A stretch of DNA of 64,000 nt, taken from the NCBI RefSeq assembly GCF_009914755.1, contig NC_060945.1. One strand, given 5' to 3'. The position numbers and the translations under genes were made by a program. A model generated the notes under the pieces. The model worked only from the letters and a program-made list of their open reading frames with translations. It had not been told where the DNA came from and ran no database searches. This stretch comes from the human T2T-CHM13v2.0 reference genome, Homo sapiens. Below, piece by piece: positions 13,935 through 30,240 of the stretch; the stretch's first letter is position 1, and the number at the start of each line of letters is the position of its first letter.

Positions 13935-14400
13935 TTCGGGGCCTAGCCAGGAAAACAAAATCCCCATCAGATAATTTAATAGAGGAAATATAACTGGGAG
14001 AATTAAATGCAAAAGTATTTAAAGAATTAAAAGCACACACAGCGGAAAGGGAGGCAACCCAGAGATTAGCAGCACAAGGAGACTGGAGAAACAAATGGAG
14101 AGGACAAGGGGAGGAATGGAACTACCAGCAGGAGGGGAAACCACAGAGAACATGCATCTGGGGCCAGAGGCTCCATCCAGCACAGAGGGAAGCTGAGGAA
14201 AGTCCCAGCTTCTCCTTTCCCCTGACTTCCCCAATCCAACCCAAAACCAGCAGATGGGGGCTGCAGGCCTGGTTATGGGGCCAGCCCCACTGTGTTAAGG
14301 AGCAGAGCATAAAACAGCCCAGAAATAGATCCAAGGGCAAGCAAGTGGACCGCACAGATGGCAAAGGCTGGGATTTCTCAGGCAAATGAGTCAATTTTTA
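13935..14400. mobile_element. Old ERV-L-type LTR remnant (LTR33/LTR41-like, family uncertain)
   Basis: gccaggaaaacaaaatccccatcagataatttaatagaggaaat resembles the ends of ancient ERVL LTRs. Confidence 0.35.
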
Positions 14401-14496
14401 GCAAATAGCTAAAAATGCTGTAACACGGTTGCCGTCATAAGAGCCAGACAGCAAAGAGGATGCTGTAGACACATGGTGGAGCATTTGGTGAGGCCC

Positions 14497-14962
14497 TGTA
14501 GTTGGTGGAATAATCCCCCCCAGCAAATGCCTTCACCCCAATCCCCTGTGGATATGTCACGTTATATAGTGAAAAGGACTGCCTGATGTGACTGAATTAA
14601 GGATCTGCTGTTGGCGAGATGATCTCTGATTATGCAGGGAAGCCCCATGGAATCACCAGGGTCTTTACAAAACAGATGCCAGAGGTCGGTAGGAGATGTG
14701 GCCAGAGAAGCAGCGCTCAGAGTGATGCAAAGGGGCCCTAAGCTCAGGAATGCAGGCAGTAGTCTCCAGGAGCCGAAAAAGGCAAGGCAGCAGGTTCCCC
14801 CAGAGCTCCAGAAGGAACCACGCCTGCCAACTCCTTGATCTCAGCCCCCTAAGATTCATTTTAGACTTCCGATCTCCAAAAACTACGGGAGAATAAACTT
14901 GTATTGTTTTAAGCCACAAAGTTTGTGGTGATTTGTGGCAGCAGCAACAAGAAACTAGTTAG
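14497..14962 (+). mobile_element. MLT1 (D-like) solo LTR
   Basis: tgtagttggtggaataatcccc...aataaacttgtattgttttaagccacaaagtttgtggtgatttgtggcagcagcaacaagaaacta. Confidence 0.8.
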
Positions 14963-15462
14963 TACGCATCCTTCATGAGGAGTCAGACTTAAGGAGAGAG
15001 GGGTGTCCAGATTTAGTGTGAACCAAGGGCTTACCGTCCTGGTGAAGGTGGTAGGTGCTCAGGTGAGAGAAAAAACAGAAAGGAAAAAGGAAGGAGAGGA
15101 AAGGCCAGGAAGGAGACTTACTTACCTGCTGGTCATGTGCATCCCAGAGGTAGAAAGGATTGGGTGGGCAATTGCGAGGCTACACTAAGGAGCCTTCAAA
15201 CTCCTAGCTGAAGAATGTCTATTTTACGTGGCTGTTAGAGAAATATTAAACTCGGTAGAAATCTGGCCATGCATAAAGATCCAACCGCCACTGCCTGGAA
15301 TGGAGTAATTGCCCAGCGACGCTGGTATTTGTGGTTAATCTGAATTATTTCGGCAAAGTGATCCTGTTTTTGTTTTGTAGATTTTTTGTTTTATTTCTTC
15401 CTGACCTGTATTGTTCAACACTTGCTTTGATTTTCCACTAGAAGACCTAATGCAAATCTGGA

Positions 15463-15482
15463 TTTTTCTTTTCTTTCTTTTT

Positions 15483-15514
<32 letters not shown>
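15463..15514. repeat. Poly(T)/(TTTC) tract with no adjacent recognisable SINE or LINE
   Basis: ~50 nt pyrimidine run including ~30 consecutive T. Confidence 0.9.
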
Positions 15515-15517
<3 letters not shown>

Positions 15518-17111
15518 AATATAAGGTAATTTCAGTCAAAAACCACTAAACGCTGATAAAAACTCTAGGTGAACTCTGTATCTTTTGATTCCTTTTAGCC
15601 TAATGGCCACTGATTACTGTGCTGATCTAGGAAGCTGCTTATTCGTTTTACCACCAGGCAGCCAGCATGGAATTCCATTGCATTGGTGTGCTTTGTTTAA
15701 CTTTTTAAAACTCCTGATGTGAAGTCTCCTGAAACTAACCTTATTTTGTCTAAAATTACAGTTAAATCCACTTAATCCACATGGTTCTGTAAAACCATTG
15801 TCTGTAAGTTATTTTGATTTTTTTAAGTGCATTTGCTTTATTTTGAAAGCTCAGGTCTAACCAAACATTTCTCTAAGAGTTCAATTTGGAATCAAGGCTA
15901 ACAGAGCTGACTGGAGGATCATTTTCACATCACAACCTTCTGAGTCCTGGGAACACACAATGTCACCATTGTCAACATTGACTGGTGCATTCGTGATGGA
16001 CAACAGGTTGGTTCATTACTGCAAACAGGCCCCAATTAGTTTGCTAAATGTGTTGTTATACCTGCATATGTTTTTTTTTAAATGTCTCTCTCCAACCACT
16101 CATTTCACCCTTTCAAAATGTAAAAGATTTTATAACAGGTTCCCAAGGTCACTGATGGGCACAGTGTACCTAAGTTTCCTATCCCTCTTTTTAAATTTTT
16201 CTTGTCTCCTACAACCATTTTATATCAGTGATTTAAAGTATGTTGGCATTGAAATTGGTTAGCAAGTTGATCTTTAAATATATTAAATCAGCTTGACATC
16301 TTATGATTATAGTAACTATTATCACTATTGCTTTAGAAACATATAAGTGAATTCAGATTTTAACAATACACTTTGTGATAAATACAAAATTAAATGAGAC
16401 TATCTACTGAAATGGGCGAAGAGAACTAGAAAGTACTAAATTACAGAGTCCATGGCCAAAAGCACAAGATGGCATATTTTCCATCAACCAACTCAGTTGA
16501 GCTTGGCACATAGTAGGAACTCAAGAAATACTTGTGTAATGAATAAATTAATGAATGAAAATGAATTAAATAAAAATTAATTGCGATGTGGAAGAAATAA
16601 TTTATCCATGACATAAAATTGTAGCTCATACTCTTCTTGGCAATATTTGTGCTTATGGAGAAAAAAATAAAATAAAATAAGTAATCCTCAATAAATTGTG
16701 AAACATTCCAGCTCCAGATATGACATGTTATGACCTTTCCATTGCTTTTAACTTGAGCACATTATCTGTGGTGCAGCTGAAGCGCTCTGAGATCAGCTTT
16801 CCCTTCTGCCAAGCGAGTCACAGTCATTGGCAACAGGCAGGAGCTCTCAGATCTGCCATGAACAAGATTAACTGAAGTACAGTTCCAAAAGAGAACTGGA
16901 GACCACCAAACATACATGTTTTTTAGAAGAAAGCAGAGAAGTGGGGGAAATCTTGGAAAATCTGTTTTTACATCTGAAGAGAAATTAACAGGAGTAGCAT
17001 GACAAGGACTGCTGAGATGCACAGAGGTAAATAAGAGCATCAGGGTTTCCTCATATTAGCTAAAGCTTTATGATCCAAATTCTCTAGGAATTGGGCTCCA
17101 CTTTTTGACTC

Positions 17112-17239
17112 CTTTGGTTTTTTGTTTGGTTGGTTGGTTGGTTTTGGAGTTTGTTTGTTTGTTTCCTTGAGATGGAGTTTCGCTCTTGTTGCCTAGGCTG
17201 GAGTGCAATGGCGTGATCTCAGCTCACTGCAACCTCCGC
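17112..17239 (-). mobile_element. Alu 3'-end fragment (~70 bp of right arm plus GTTT/GGTT tail)
   Basis: gagatggagtttcgctcttgttgcctaggctggagtgcaatggcgtgatctcagctcactgcaacctccgc, then Alu similarity stops abruptly. Confidence 0.88.
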
Positions 17240-17944
17240 TGTGCTGTCCAGTGGCCTCCGCTCCTCCCCTGCCACCTGCTTCCATGAGCTCATAACATTC
17301 CAATGGCAAATCAGTGATTCCGGAAGAGGAAACCAAGCCTCAGTGCCTGGGAGGCGCCTTTGTCTATCCAGGAGTGGCTCAACTCAAATTCCTTAAGAAA
17401 TTGGGTGTCCATGGAGACTAGGTTAACTCCTAATTCCAGGTGGCAGTTTCTCAAGGAAGTTACTCAGCCTTTCTCATTTCGGGGAATTCACGTAACATGT
17501 TGTGTCTTTGGTTTTCCTTCTGATGCGTGCAGTTCTGAACAGTGCGTCCTTGAGGGAATTGTCATGCCTAGCTCAGACCCATTTTCACAGTTTTCTGCTA
17601 GCTCTGCTGAGTGACTCACGAACCTCCATGGCTCACCTGGGTCACCTCGGGCAACTGCTCCTCTGTCCAGCAGCACAGTTTTGCTGCCTCTAGGCTGATG
17701 GTCACTCTGAGGGAAATGGGGCAGGAAAGTACCTGAATTCAGAACCACAGGTGGTCCCCGGTGAACTTTCACCCTAGGAGAGTGTGACATTCAAAGTAGA
17801 ATATAAGCTCCATGACAGCCAAGTGCCTAGGACAGCCAGGTATACAGTAGAAACTTTAAAAATATATATATGTATACATGTCTAAATATATACATATTTT
17901 TATAATATATCAATATGTTTTTAAATATAATTATATATATAATT

Positions 17945-18530
17945 TTTGTAACTTTTCTTTTAATTTCAGGGGTACACATGCAGGTTTGTTACATAGGTAA
18001 ACTTGTCTCATTGGGGTTTGTTTTACAAATTACTTCATCACCCAGGTATTATTATCACCCAGCCTATTATTACCCATTAGTTATTTTTCCTGATTGTCTC
18101 CCTCTTCCCAACCTCCACCCTCTACCCTCCTCTGCCCCAGTGTGTGTTGTTCCCCTCTGTGTGTCCATGTGTTCTCATCATTTAGCTCCCACTTATAAGT
18201 GAGGACATCGTATTTGGTTTTCTGTTCCTGTATTAGTTTGCTAAGGATAATGGCCTCCAGCTCCATCCATCTCCCTGCAAAGGACATAATCTCATTATTT
18301 TTTATGGCTGCATGGTGCATATGTATATGGTATACACATAGACACATACACATATATACATATATACACATATATATTTATATGGCATACATATATACAT
18401 ATTTACACATATACATATGTGTATACATATACGTATGTGTAGATATGTATATGGTATACATATATGTGTAGATATGTATGTATATGGCTCATGATAAATA
18501 TGTACCATATTTTCCTCACCCAGTCTGTCA
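17945..18530 (-). mobile_element. L1PA13-16-like 3' end with expanded TA/CA/TG low-complexity tract (18317-18500)
   Basis: caggtttgttacataggtaaac, ctcccacttataagtgag, ggcctccagctccatccat. Confidence 0.88.
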
Positions 18531-18672
18531 CTGAAAAAAAAAATGTATTTACTAAAGTTTCCTTTAAAGGTGAGCTCTCTCTTGCATCTCTTTGTTACTT
18601 CTTTCTCTCTTTCTCTCTCCTTCTCCCTCTACCCCCTGGCACCTAACCATCCCACTCTCCACCCTACACATG

Positions 18673-19106
18673 GTACATTCATTTCCTCAGGCTGTTTTAA
18701 CAGCTTATCATTACCTTGGTCTTACAACAAGAGCTATTTATTCCCTCACAGTTCTAGAGGCCAGAAGTCTGAAGTCAGGGGTTGGCAGGGCTGGTTCTTT
18801 CTGGAGTCACTGAGGGATGATCAATGCCCTCCTTTTCTCATACCTTCCAGTTGCTGCCGGAAGCCCTTGGTGTTCCTTGGTTGGAAGATGCTTCACTCTA
18901 ACCTCTGCCTCGGCCCTCACATATTCTTCTCCCCCATCTGTCTGTTTTCTCCCCTTCTCTTGTCTTTCATTTAAGGGCCCCCTTAAGCCAGGATGATCTC
19001 ATCTGGATATTCTTAATTACATCTGCAAAGACCCTTTTTCCAAATAAGGTCACATTTTCAGGTTCCATTACTATGATCTTTTGGGGGCCACAATTTAACC
19101 CACAAT
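18673..19106 (-). mobile_element. MLT1 (B/C-like) solo LTR
   Basis: ctcacagttctagaggccagaagtctg...ttaattacatctgcaaagacccttttttccaaataaggtcacatt-type sequence. Confidence 0.8.
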
Positions 19107-20550
19107 ACTTGGTATCTATCATATATAAAGCAGTACGATAGTTCTGATTTTTCTCTGCAAACTCCCCCAAATTCCTCCTAATACTGCTTGCACTATTTCC
19201 GTCTCTTCTTTTCCACTTCCCCAACTAATTCATTGTCCTGTCCCGTGTGAATTGATCCACAGTATCTGGGCTCTTGGCCATTGACTCTCTCTCAGCCAGC
19301 CAAAAGGAAGTTTCTTAACAGGCATAGGAAGGGAAAGGCTGCAAAAATAAAATTCTCTGTCAATGGTAATTTTTCCCACATAAACCAATAAGTAAGCAAT
19401 TCAGAACACCTTTTCGAATACTGATGACAATAAATGTCCGCACTCCAGCCTAATTGATGCGGTATTTTCCATGGTCATCTGTCGCAAAAGCTGGAACCTC
19501 TGCACACTTGAATGTCAGCATCTCAGGAATTAACACCTTTAGGATGACCTAAGGGCTCTAATTTGAAAGCCTTCTTAGATTATTGAAATGCAGTAATGAA
19601 TGTCCAACTTGCTATCATCTCTTGAGGAATAAATGATGGACTTTTATGTTGTTTTGTGGCCAAGTGCAAATTTCAGCACAATTGCACTAGAAAATAACAC
19701 AATCAAACCTTTGGAGGGTCTGTGTGTGTGTGTGTGTGCATGTGTGTGTGTACGTATGCGTGTAGATATCTATTTAAATGTATACATGCATACATATGCA
19801 ATTTATTACTAGTTTGTTGAAATACCAAAATTTTTTCCCATATTTTTCCTTTATTTGGTTCATATTCTATTAATTAATCTTTCCATTATTTTCTTCTCCA
19901 ATGTTTTTCACTCTCAAAGAATTTCTGATTAAGGGTCAAAGTAAAAAATACAGGCTCCCTTTAAAATATTGCTTATAACAATGATATCTATCACTCAACT
20001 CCTATCAAGATAGGAGGCAAGATACTGGGGGGAAGTACCTTCTCTTTTGTAAATTTTTTTCTCATTGTCCTGTTAAATTTCTTGCTCCCTTAATTTCCCC
20101 ATTAAATTTTTATTGCTTTATTCTTTCTTATAGCAGTTTCCTCATATTAGGTGCCTCTCAATTTTTTTTGTCTATTATGACATGCTGTGTTTGAATGAAT
20201 GGCTCTATTGTGACTCATTTCAGATTTGAGCATATCTATTCAAGGGCCAACCATGAATAAATCTATTTCATGTCTATTTAATTTACATATGGGATATTTT
20301 ATCATTTCTTTGACAAATGGTTCTCAAAGTGGAATTGTGAGTGATATTTTGTAATGTTCTTTTCGATTATTTGAAATAATCCAGAGTTGTGGAAAACAAA
20401 TAGCAAATGTACTATAGGGGTTTATGGTTACAGTGGTGTCCAAATTCTGTAACCACAAGGGTAAAGAGAATCAAATGAATTCCTTCCCTATTATTTTCTT
20501 AAAATCAGATTCCTAGAGATCAAGTTCACTTATAACAAATGAACGTTGGT

Positions 20551-20893
20551 TGTTATTAGTTTGTCTGCACACTGCTATAAAGAACTACCTGAGACTGGGT
20601 AATTTATAAAGGAAAGAAGTTTAATTGACTCACAGTTCCGCATGGCTGGGGAAGCCTCAGGAAACTTACAATCATGGTGGAAGGTGAAGGGGAAGCAGAC
20701 ACCTTCTTCACAAGGCAGCAGGAAACAGAGGGAGCACAGGGGAAACTGTCACTTTTAAAACCATCAGATCTCATGAGAACTCCCTCACTGTCATGAGAAC
20801 AGCATGGGGGAGTCCGCCCCTGTGATCCAATCACCTCCCACCAGGCTTCCCCGTCGATGAGATTTGGTTGGGATCACAGAGGCAGACCATTCC
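20551..20893 (-). mobile_element. MSTA/MSTB solo LTR
   Basis: ctgctataaagaactacctgagactgggtaatttataaagg...aaaccatcagatctcatgagaactc. Confidence 0.88.
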
Positions 20894-21039
20894 ACCAGTG
20901 TTCTGGTTTTACTCATTGATATATGAATTAAAATGCTACAAAAGAAAAGGAAACATTCTAAATGAGAAACTCAAAAATCATAATTTTACAAGATAATAGC
21001 ACGTTAGGATGAGGGATCTGCGAAAGAACCCCTGTGGCA

Positions 21040-22550
21040 GTTCCAGAGGACTGTGAGGTTCTTTGGTGTTCCTTGGTTGGAAGGAGGCTTTTATTCTAAC
21101 ATAAGCACTTCCAGTGGGGACCAAAAGGAACAGAGTGAGGATGAAATAACAGGGGGCATTTTGGACTCCCCAAATTCTACTGGCAGGAAGCAGGTTGATA
21201 AAACTCTTCAACTGAAAAGGGGATGATGACTCAGGGCAAAACTGAGAGCCCAGAGGGCAGAGCTGAGAGCCTTGGGGGACCCATCCCAGGCCTTGGAGCC
21301 TAATACAGTTTGCCTGGATGGACTTCAAACTTGCTTTGGGCTGGTGACTTCTTTTTACTTTCCATTTTCTGCCACTTCCAGTGGAAATGTCTATAGCTGT
21401 TAAGCTATGCCTGTTCTTTCACTATATATTGGGGGCAGGTACCTTCTCTTTTTAGTGTCACGGATCCATGGAGGGGGAATAATTGTGCCCAAGACCTGGA
21501 CTTAATGGTTTACACATCTGTACCTGATTTAGATGACAGGATTTGGTGTGCTTAAAAAAACATTTTTTTTGAGACAGGGTCTTACTGTGTTGCCCAGGCT
21601 GGAGTGTAGTGACATGGTCATGGCTCACTGCAGCATCAACCTGCTGAGCTCAAATAGTCCTCCCATCTCAGCCTCCCGAATAGCTAGGACTACACGTGTG
21701 TGCCACCATGTCTGGCTAATTTTTCTACTTTTGTTGACCTGTCTTCATGGGATTCTCCTGCCTTGGCCTCTCAAAGTTCTGGGATTACGTACATGAGCCA
21801 CCATACCTGGCCTCTGATTTGGTATACTTTTGAACTGATGAAATTTTGCACTCTGAGTTGATGCTGTAATGGGATGAGGTATGTTTTGAGGATGTTAGGA
21901 AGTATGAGAGATGGACCTGGATCACATAGACCTGAGGGAAGACTGTGGGAGACAGAATATTGGCCCCAATCACTTAGACCACTGGTGTTATGCCCAGGAA
22001 TGTTACATTCCATGGCAAAGGAGACCTTTCAGATGTAATTAAGATTACTAATAAATGACCTTAAGATGGAAGGATTATACTGGATTATCCTGGTGGCCTC
22101 AATGTGTTCACCAGAGCCCTCAAAAGTAACAGAAGAGGAAAGCAAAAGAGAAAGTCAGATTTGAAGTGTGAGAAGTACCTGATGGCCATTGCTAACTTTG
22201 ACGGTGGGGAGGGCATGAGCCAAAGAATGTAGAGGCTTCCAGAGAGTGAGAGTGACCCTGGCCAATGGTCAGAAGGAAAACAGGGACTTCCATCCTATGG
22301 CCGCATGGAACTAAACTCTTCTAACACCTGAGTGAACCTGGAGGGAAATTCTTCCCTACAGCCTCCAAATAAGAGCCCAGGCTGGACAGTATCTTGATTT
22401 TGGCCTTGTGAGGCCCCGAGCAGAGAGTCCAGCCATGCCATGCTGGGCTTGGGAATCTACTGATATACAGAACCGGGAGATAATAAATTTATGCAGTAAG
22501 TGATTAAGTCGGTGGTAATTTGTTACAGCAGCAATAGAAAACTAAAATAC
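21040..22550 (+). mobile_element. MLT1 internal 3' remnant plus 3' LTR (MLT1E-like, ~21942-22550), interrupted by AluJ
   Basis: Purine tract gagggaagac precedes tgtgggagacagaat...; LTR ends ggtaatttgttacagcagcaatagaaaactaaaatac. Confidence 0.65.
21563..21812 (-). mobile_element. AluJ with internal deletion
   Basis: gagacagggtcttactgtgttgcccaggctgg...gctcactgcagcatcaacc; flanked by similar gatttggtgtgc / gatttggtatac. Confidence 0.88.
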
Positions 22551-23439
22551 CGTCTCAGCCATCGTGAAGGAAAAGGCCCTTCTCACTGGCCAAGACAATT
22601 CCATTGCTGACCCACCGAGAGCAGGAAGAGTAGCTTATAAAGACCCGTTTGCACAAGTTGTAACCCTTGTAATACAGTCATCATGCAGTGCAAAGTATCC
22701 CCACCTCCTTAGTTTAAAATATATGCACTCTCAATGACATTTGAGCTCATGCTCGACATTTCCCCTCTAGCATTCACTGTTGGGTAAAAAATTTCACTTG
22801 AAATAAGAATAAAGCTCTAGATTTTTATTCAAATTATTTTCCCAAGCAAACTATAAGCCTGGGGCTTTCTCCCAGCCTGGGGTCAACATGGCTCAGTGGA
22901 AATTGGGATGAGGGAAGAGGGAAATTGACATGGGGTAGGGCTTGGGAGACCTACGACCATGGTCAAACAGGATGGAACAGCTGGATTTAAGTTGACACTA
23001 AGAGGTAGAGCCAGAAGCCATTCCCTGGGGCAGTAATATGTGGCGGTACTGTTGTGCAATATTTATGATCATTACAACCTTGTTACCCGCCCTTGCTAGC
23101 CCCCACCCTTGCTCCATTTCACTTTATAGCACTTACTAATTTCTAATTCTCCAGAGTGTAAATGCCACAAAGACAGAGAGTTCTGTGTGTTTTATCCATT
23201 GCTGTTTATAACCAGCCTCTACAGTAGGATATACAGCCAGTCCTTCATAAAATATTCATTAAAAAGAAAAGATGAATGATCACATTTGAAGTTCAAAAAG
23301 ACTGGAGGGAGGAAGATAGATTTGAGGGGCTACTTAGGGGTCTGGCATTTGGTAGATGGTCATAATTAGACTGAGGTAGAGGAGATGGGTATGGTTGAGA
23401 GGTATGCAGGATTAACAGCAACAGGTCTTGGTAGTAAAT

Positions 23440-24392
23440 GTGGTGGGCTGGTGAGCCATGGTGTCACGGTAAAATTTTAAAAACTATCAAAAACTGAAGG
23501 TATGTGTGTGACATCTGTCTCCATATATTATACATACAGTTTATTGTGAACTTTACTCTTATAAATGACTGCAGCACACAATTTTCAAATAATAATAACA
23601 AAAGTAGTATTCTTTATTATAAATTTCACATAGCAAATTGATTTTCACTACTCTAATGTTCTAATTCATGTTGGCAGAATTCATATCTATAGAGACCCGA
23701 TGTTACAACTAATGAAGTTTAGTTCTGACATGAATACTAGTTGATATTTTTGTTTGTATTAAGAAGGGAGGCAAAAGTGAAATCTGAAGACCCACGTCAG
23801 AACTTCACTTATTGGTCAATGACAGGATCTATTTTGCTGCTGAATGGGTTAATAATTTTTGAATTATAGAAGTCCATTTCCTCAACTTTTTGTGCTGTTC
23901 TCATCATAATGCCTAAAGACATGACACACTTACAAGTTTAATCTACATTTTTAACATTTTCTCCAATTTTTTCTTAAGTCGAGACAAGTAACAAAGCAAT
24001 AAATAAAGCTCTGGTTGGTAACATTTGCCAATTTTCATGGTGAATATACTTCCTCCATGGTAAATTTCAAACTATCGATGCAAGGTCACTGAGGGCAGAG
24101 AAGGGAAGAGATGCATAGCAGCACTGTTAGGATCTCTACATATGAACACCATAGATATGAATAATCTCAAATGCATAGATGATAGGAAAATGTAATAAAA
24201 TAATTAGGAAGTGATGTTTCTTCATATATATTATCTTTGCTTTAGTATAATTGACTTAATTGTAAGTTAATAACATTTAACTTTTAATAATTAAATTTGT
24301 ATAATTTGTTATTTAACAATAAGCCACAAAATTCCAGAAGGTGTAACAATCAGCTATCATGAGCCAATACTAGCCAGCTCCAGCTCATGACT
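23440..24392 (-). mobile_element. hAT DNA transposon, MER63-like, inserted in L2
   Basis: Right end aacaatcagctatcatgagccaatactagccagctccagc is the reverse complement of a decayed MER63 terminus; left end tggtgggctggt. Confidence 0.6.
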
Positions 24393-24836
24393 ATCACAGA
24401 AAGGGAGGTTCTAAGAAAGATGCCAGAAGCTTGGCTTGCATAACTGTAAAGAGGCTTCTACCATTTTGAAAGGTAACAGTGGAGAACCATATCAGCATGG
24501 GGTGGGGTGGGGGGCATTGGGATCATGGATTTAGGATCAGACATGTCAAGTCTGACATGTCAACAAAACTTCCAAGTGGAGAAGCCCAGTTCGCAATTGG
24601 ATATATGAGTCTGGAGCTCAGAGGAAAGACCATAGGTGGAGAAATAGAGTAATGAGTCATCAGTTTACATGTGGTAAATGAAGCTGTGGGCATGGGAGAC
24701 AGTTCCTAGGGAAAGAGAACACAGTAAAATAAGAAAAGCTTGGTCCAGGCCTTTAGAAACTACGGTTAATGGCCAGCTAAAGACAAGACTACAAATGAAG
24801 TAGAGGTCAGTCCACCCAAGGCATAAGAGGAAACCC

Positions 24837-27671
<2,835 letters not shown>

Positions 27672-28030
27672 AAGAGGAACCCTGAAATAATGTGGTGCTA
27701 CGGAGCCAAGAACAGACACTGCCACAAGAAGAAATCAACAGTATTGAACAATACCAAGAGGTTTAAGTAGGATGGAAACTTGAGGTTATCGATGACATTA
27801 ATAAGAACATTTCAGTGCAGTGTTGGGTTGAATTCAGATCACAGAGAACTGATGACTAAACAGAAAGTGAGACAATACAGACAGAAAATATGATTTTCTT
27901 TTCTTTCCCAGAGGTTAACTATAAAAGGGCGAAAGATATAGACTCAGGTGTGGAGTAATGTAGGGTTGAGGGAAGGCGTTTCTTTTATGGGAAATAAAAA
28001 TTCCATTCAAGTCCAAAAGCCAAGGGGTAG

Positions 28031-28982
<952 letters not shown>

Positions 28983-29339
28983 GTAGGACCAGTTGCAAGA
29001 CGCAAGATCCATTGGAGAATGAAAATAAGTGACGGTATCATGAGAACCTGGGAGGAATTTGGGAGCCAAGGCACAGGGAAGCACTTGGCCTTAAATAAGA
29101 GGAAGGGACTCACTGTAACTCAGAAGCTGAGAAGAAGGGATGTAGATAGGTTTGTATGTGTAATTTCACAAATAAAATAGAATATCTATTTGATTATTTT
29201 TTTCCTATAAAATAGGAGCTAGATCATCTCCTGAGAGGGTACAGGGAGATTTTTGAGACACTTGAGGAGGGTGGGTATCACCTTAAATTATTTCAAGTTA
29301 TTAATTAGATTTGGCTACTTAGTAATAGAACCAATGTTT

Positions 29340-30240
29340 TCTTCCTTTGAAAATTGTGTTAACCAGCAACACATTTTAACCAAGAATAGTTTATTTAAGA
29401 AACGCAAAGTAGGTTTTCAAAATTAGAAAATCTGTAAATGTAATTCACAACATTAATTAATCAAAAAATTTAAAAAGAATGATTATCTTCACATATGCTG
29501 CAAAAACATTAATAACAATGAGAACAATCTCCAATAACACAGGATTAGGTAGCTACTTCCTTAACATGATAAAATGTATCCTTCTTAACCCATAAACCAA
29601 GCATTCTAATCAAAAGTCAAGAACAAAGTATCTACATTTTGAACTTACAGTTCCACTTCTGGGGATTTATCCTACAGCCTTGCATGACAATATGCTCTAT
29701 TTTATCAATCTTTAAGATGTGTTTTGGATATTGGGATGAGTAATGGATGTGACATGATTTAATTGGTGGCATTTTTTTTTTCCTTTTTAGTGACCCATAA
29801 AATAAAAGTGTATTATTAAGGCATCTTAGATTATATAAGATCAGTTTGTAGAAGATTTTTTATTATGGTAAATTTCTGATAAGACTGGAAGCAAAGAAGC
29901 AAAGCATGCATCAATGTGTATAGTTGTTATCATTCATGCAAAAAATAATCAATGTTAGTAGTCCATATTAGATACCTACATTATATCTATGTTAATGAAT
30001 GGATATATTATGTGTCTGTACTGATATGCACCCACACATATACCTATTTGCTAATATATGTGTATAATAGCTCTGCCAGGATTGTGGTAACTTTGGTTGC
30101 CTCTAAAGAAGGGAGGTGATGGCTGGAAGAGAGAACTGGAGGAAAATTTTACATTCCCTTTGTATTTGTATAAACACTGTGCCTTGTGAATATATCATCT
30201 AAAATAAAATACAATTGAAAACCAAAAAAAAGAGAAAAAA
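29340..30240 (+). mobile_element. Ancient L1M fragments (ORF2 remnant and 3' pieces)
   Basis: ttcaaaattagaaaatctgtaaatgtaattcacaacattaa and ttccacttctggggatttatcctaca. Confidence 0.55.

Noticed and set aside
15463-15514. Poly(T) as the tail of a minus-strand processed pseudogene
   Set aside because: No poly(A) signal at the expected distance, no TSD and no coding remnant seen
24539-24562. Paired gacatgtc motifs as a p53 element
   Set aside because: 4-nt spacer, mismatched flanks and location in a decayed L2; likely chance
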